Below, in pieces: positions 62,861 through 64,000 of a stretch of 64,000 bases of DNA (its first letter is position 1; each line of letters begins with the position of its first letter). Both the position numbers and the translations under genes were made by a program. The notes below the pieces were generated by a model. It saw nothing but the letters and a program-made list of their open reading frames with translations. It ran no database searches and was not told the DNA's origin. Source of the stretch: Anaerolineae bacterium (GTDB lineage Bacteria > Chloroflexota > Anaerolineae > Aggregatilineales > UBA3940); NCBI GenBank assembly GCA_016926255.1, contig JAFGOY010000053.1:68919-132918 (forward strand), written 5' to 3'.

Positions 62861-63537
62861 CGGTTGCAAGCAAAAAATTTCTGGCAATCGCCGGGAATGT
62901 GGGCGTTGGTAAAAGCACTTTGACCGGGTTGATCGCCGAGCGATTGGGCTGGGAGCCGTTCTACGAAGCCGTTGACGACAACCCTTATCTGGCCGATTTC
63001 TATCAGGATATGCGAACCTGGAGTTTCCATTCGCAGATATTTTTCCTTTCACGGCGCTTGCTCCACCATCACCAGCTGATCGAGCATCCCAACTCGGTAG
63101 TACAGGACCGGAGCGTCTATGAGGACGCCGAGATATTTGCCAAGAACCTGTATCGACAGGGGCATATTTCCGACCGCGATTACCGCACGTATCGCGAATT
63201 ATATGAAACAATGACAAGGTTCCTGCCGGCCCCCGATCTGGTGATCTACCTGCGCGCGGGGGTCGACACCCTTCTGGATCGCATCCGCAAACGGGGGCGA
63301 GAATTCGAACAGGATATTGACCCGAAATACCTCGAACAATTAAACAAGCTTTACGAAGACTGGAACGCCAGCTTCACGTTGAGCCAGGTGCTCATCGTAC
63401 CCTCCGATGACCTGGATTTTGTTTCCAACGGCAAGCACCTTGACCTGGTCATTCGAAAGGTCCGTGAAAAGCTGGAGGGCAAACACGAAGTTGTTTTCTC
63501 AGACGAAGAAATCGCGAAGGTCAACGGCTGGCATTAG
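62857..63537 (+). CDS. deoxynucleoside kinase (dAK/dGK/dCK family)
   Basis: P-loop IAGNVGVGKSTL, DNPYLADFY and RKRGREFEQ. ATGA overlap with the upstream dNK-MazG gene. Confidence 0.88.
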   Translation: MTVASKKFLAIAGNVGVGKSTLTGLIAERLGWEPFYEAVDDNPYLADFYQDMRTWSFHSQIFFLSRRLLHHHQLIEHPNSVVQDRSVYEDAEIFAKNLYRQGHISDRDYRTYRELYETMTRFLPAPDLVIYLRAGVDTLLDRIRKRGREFEQDIDPKYLEQLNKLYEDWNASFTLSQVLIVPSDDLDFVSNGKHLDLVIRKVREKLEGKHEVVFSDEEIAKVNGWH

Positions 63538-63565
63538 GCAACTAATCCCTCTTTTAGAACGAATC

Positions 63566-63600
63566 AGGGACGAGCTTTCACTGGCTCGTCCCTTTACATT
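63566..63600 (+). terminator. possible intrinsic terminator after the dNK pair
   Basis: Perfect 10-bp stem AGGGACGAGC-UUUCACUG-GCUCGUCCCU followed by UUACAUU (weak U-tract). Confidence 0.5.
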
Positions 63601-63630
63601 GCACAAACCACATCTGGAGAATGTCCCCAC

Positions 63631-64000
63631 ATGAAAAACTATCAGCTTATCGTATCACTGCTTGTATTGAGCCTGAGCATAACGGCCTGCCAGTCAAAGG
63701 ATAAATTTGAACCAACCGATTTTAAACTTAACCTGGAGTTCGAATCCACCGAAGACCTTAACTGGGTGACGATCCCCTCGGATATGGAAAATCAGGACAA
63801 AGAGATATTTATGGTGGATGGCACCCTGCATATGAGTGGGGAAAACCGGCTACATGGCCTCGGTATGAAATACAAACTTGAACCCGGCCTGCTGGTTCAT
63901 TATCGCACCAGGTCTTCGGCGGCTGGCCCCTGTTACAGAGCGGGAGTAGGATTCTCCTCCGAACAAACACAGAGCAAAGGGATCGGTCTGGGAGGCTGCC
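63631..64000 (+). CDS. 5' part of a lipoprotein gene running off the right edge
   Basis: ATG 63631. Lipoprotein signal MKNYQLIVSLLVLSLSITAC. The frame is open to the window end. Confidence 0.6.
   Translation, partial: MKNYQLIVSLLVLSLSITACQSKDKFEPTDFKLNLEFESTEDLNWVTIPSDMENQDKEIFMVDGTLHMSGENRLHGLGMKYKLEPGLLVHYRTRSSAAGPCYRAGVGFSSEQTQSKGIGLGGC

Noticed and set aside
1-64000. CRISPR arrays, IS elements, prophage genes or known multi-gene defence systems
   Set aside because: I saw no regularly spaced repeats, and no transposase, integrase, capsid or terminase-like ORFs. The only defence-like elements are the degraded VapBC locus and the STAND protein, which has an HTH rather than a nuclease-type effector.

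Overview
64 kb of chromosomal DNA of moderately high GC with dense, mostly housekeeping coding. The gene content suggests a Chloroflexota/Anaerolineae-like organism, but that is an unverified impression. I saw no rRNA, CRISPR array, transposase or integrase. Left to right: (1) a MacB/FtsX-type ABC exporter pair. (2) A small lower-GC toxin-antitoxin locus whose PIN/VapC gene carries one in-frame TAG. (3) A minus-strand arginine operon argC-argB-argD-(GNAT)-argJ-argG-argH, preceded by an Arg-rich leader ORF and an intrinsic terminator. (4) A yacL-like PIN/TRAM gene, cysS and rlmB. (5) A VWA lipoprotein. (6) A nitrogen cluster amt - unknown 172-aa ORF - glnA (GSI-beta-like) - glnA (GSI-alpha-like) with no PII gene. 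(7) An APC permease fused to tandem Usp domains. (8) A DUF58 plus transglutaminase pair ending at tRNA-Arg(CCU). (9) SGNH and FGE-domain envelope proteins, ybaK and yjbQ. (10) An envelope-stress-like cluster: PspC, a toast-rack membrane protein, and a Ser/Thr kinase with a paralogous ectodomain. (11) GNAT plus an orphan peptide-type SBP, trmD, an SLT lytic transglycosylase, ychF, pcm and add. (12) A 1369-aa SecA, kamA, a Fur-family regulator, clpC and a GT4 glycosyltransferase. (13) A sigma-r4-HTH/NB-ARC/TPR STAND protein divergent from a deoxynucleoside-kinase-MazG fusion plus a second dNK. The candidates I consider most worth follow-up are the unknown ORF in the glnK slot, the putative Arg-codon attenuator upstream of argC, the dNK-MazG fusion with the neighbouring STAND regulator, and the PspC/toast-rack/kinase module. 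All family assignments come from motif recognition by eye, not from searches. Hand-derived coordinates of hairpins and motifs may be off by 1-2 nt.
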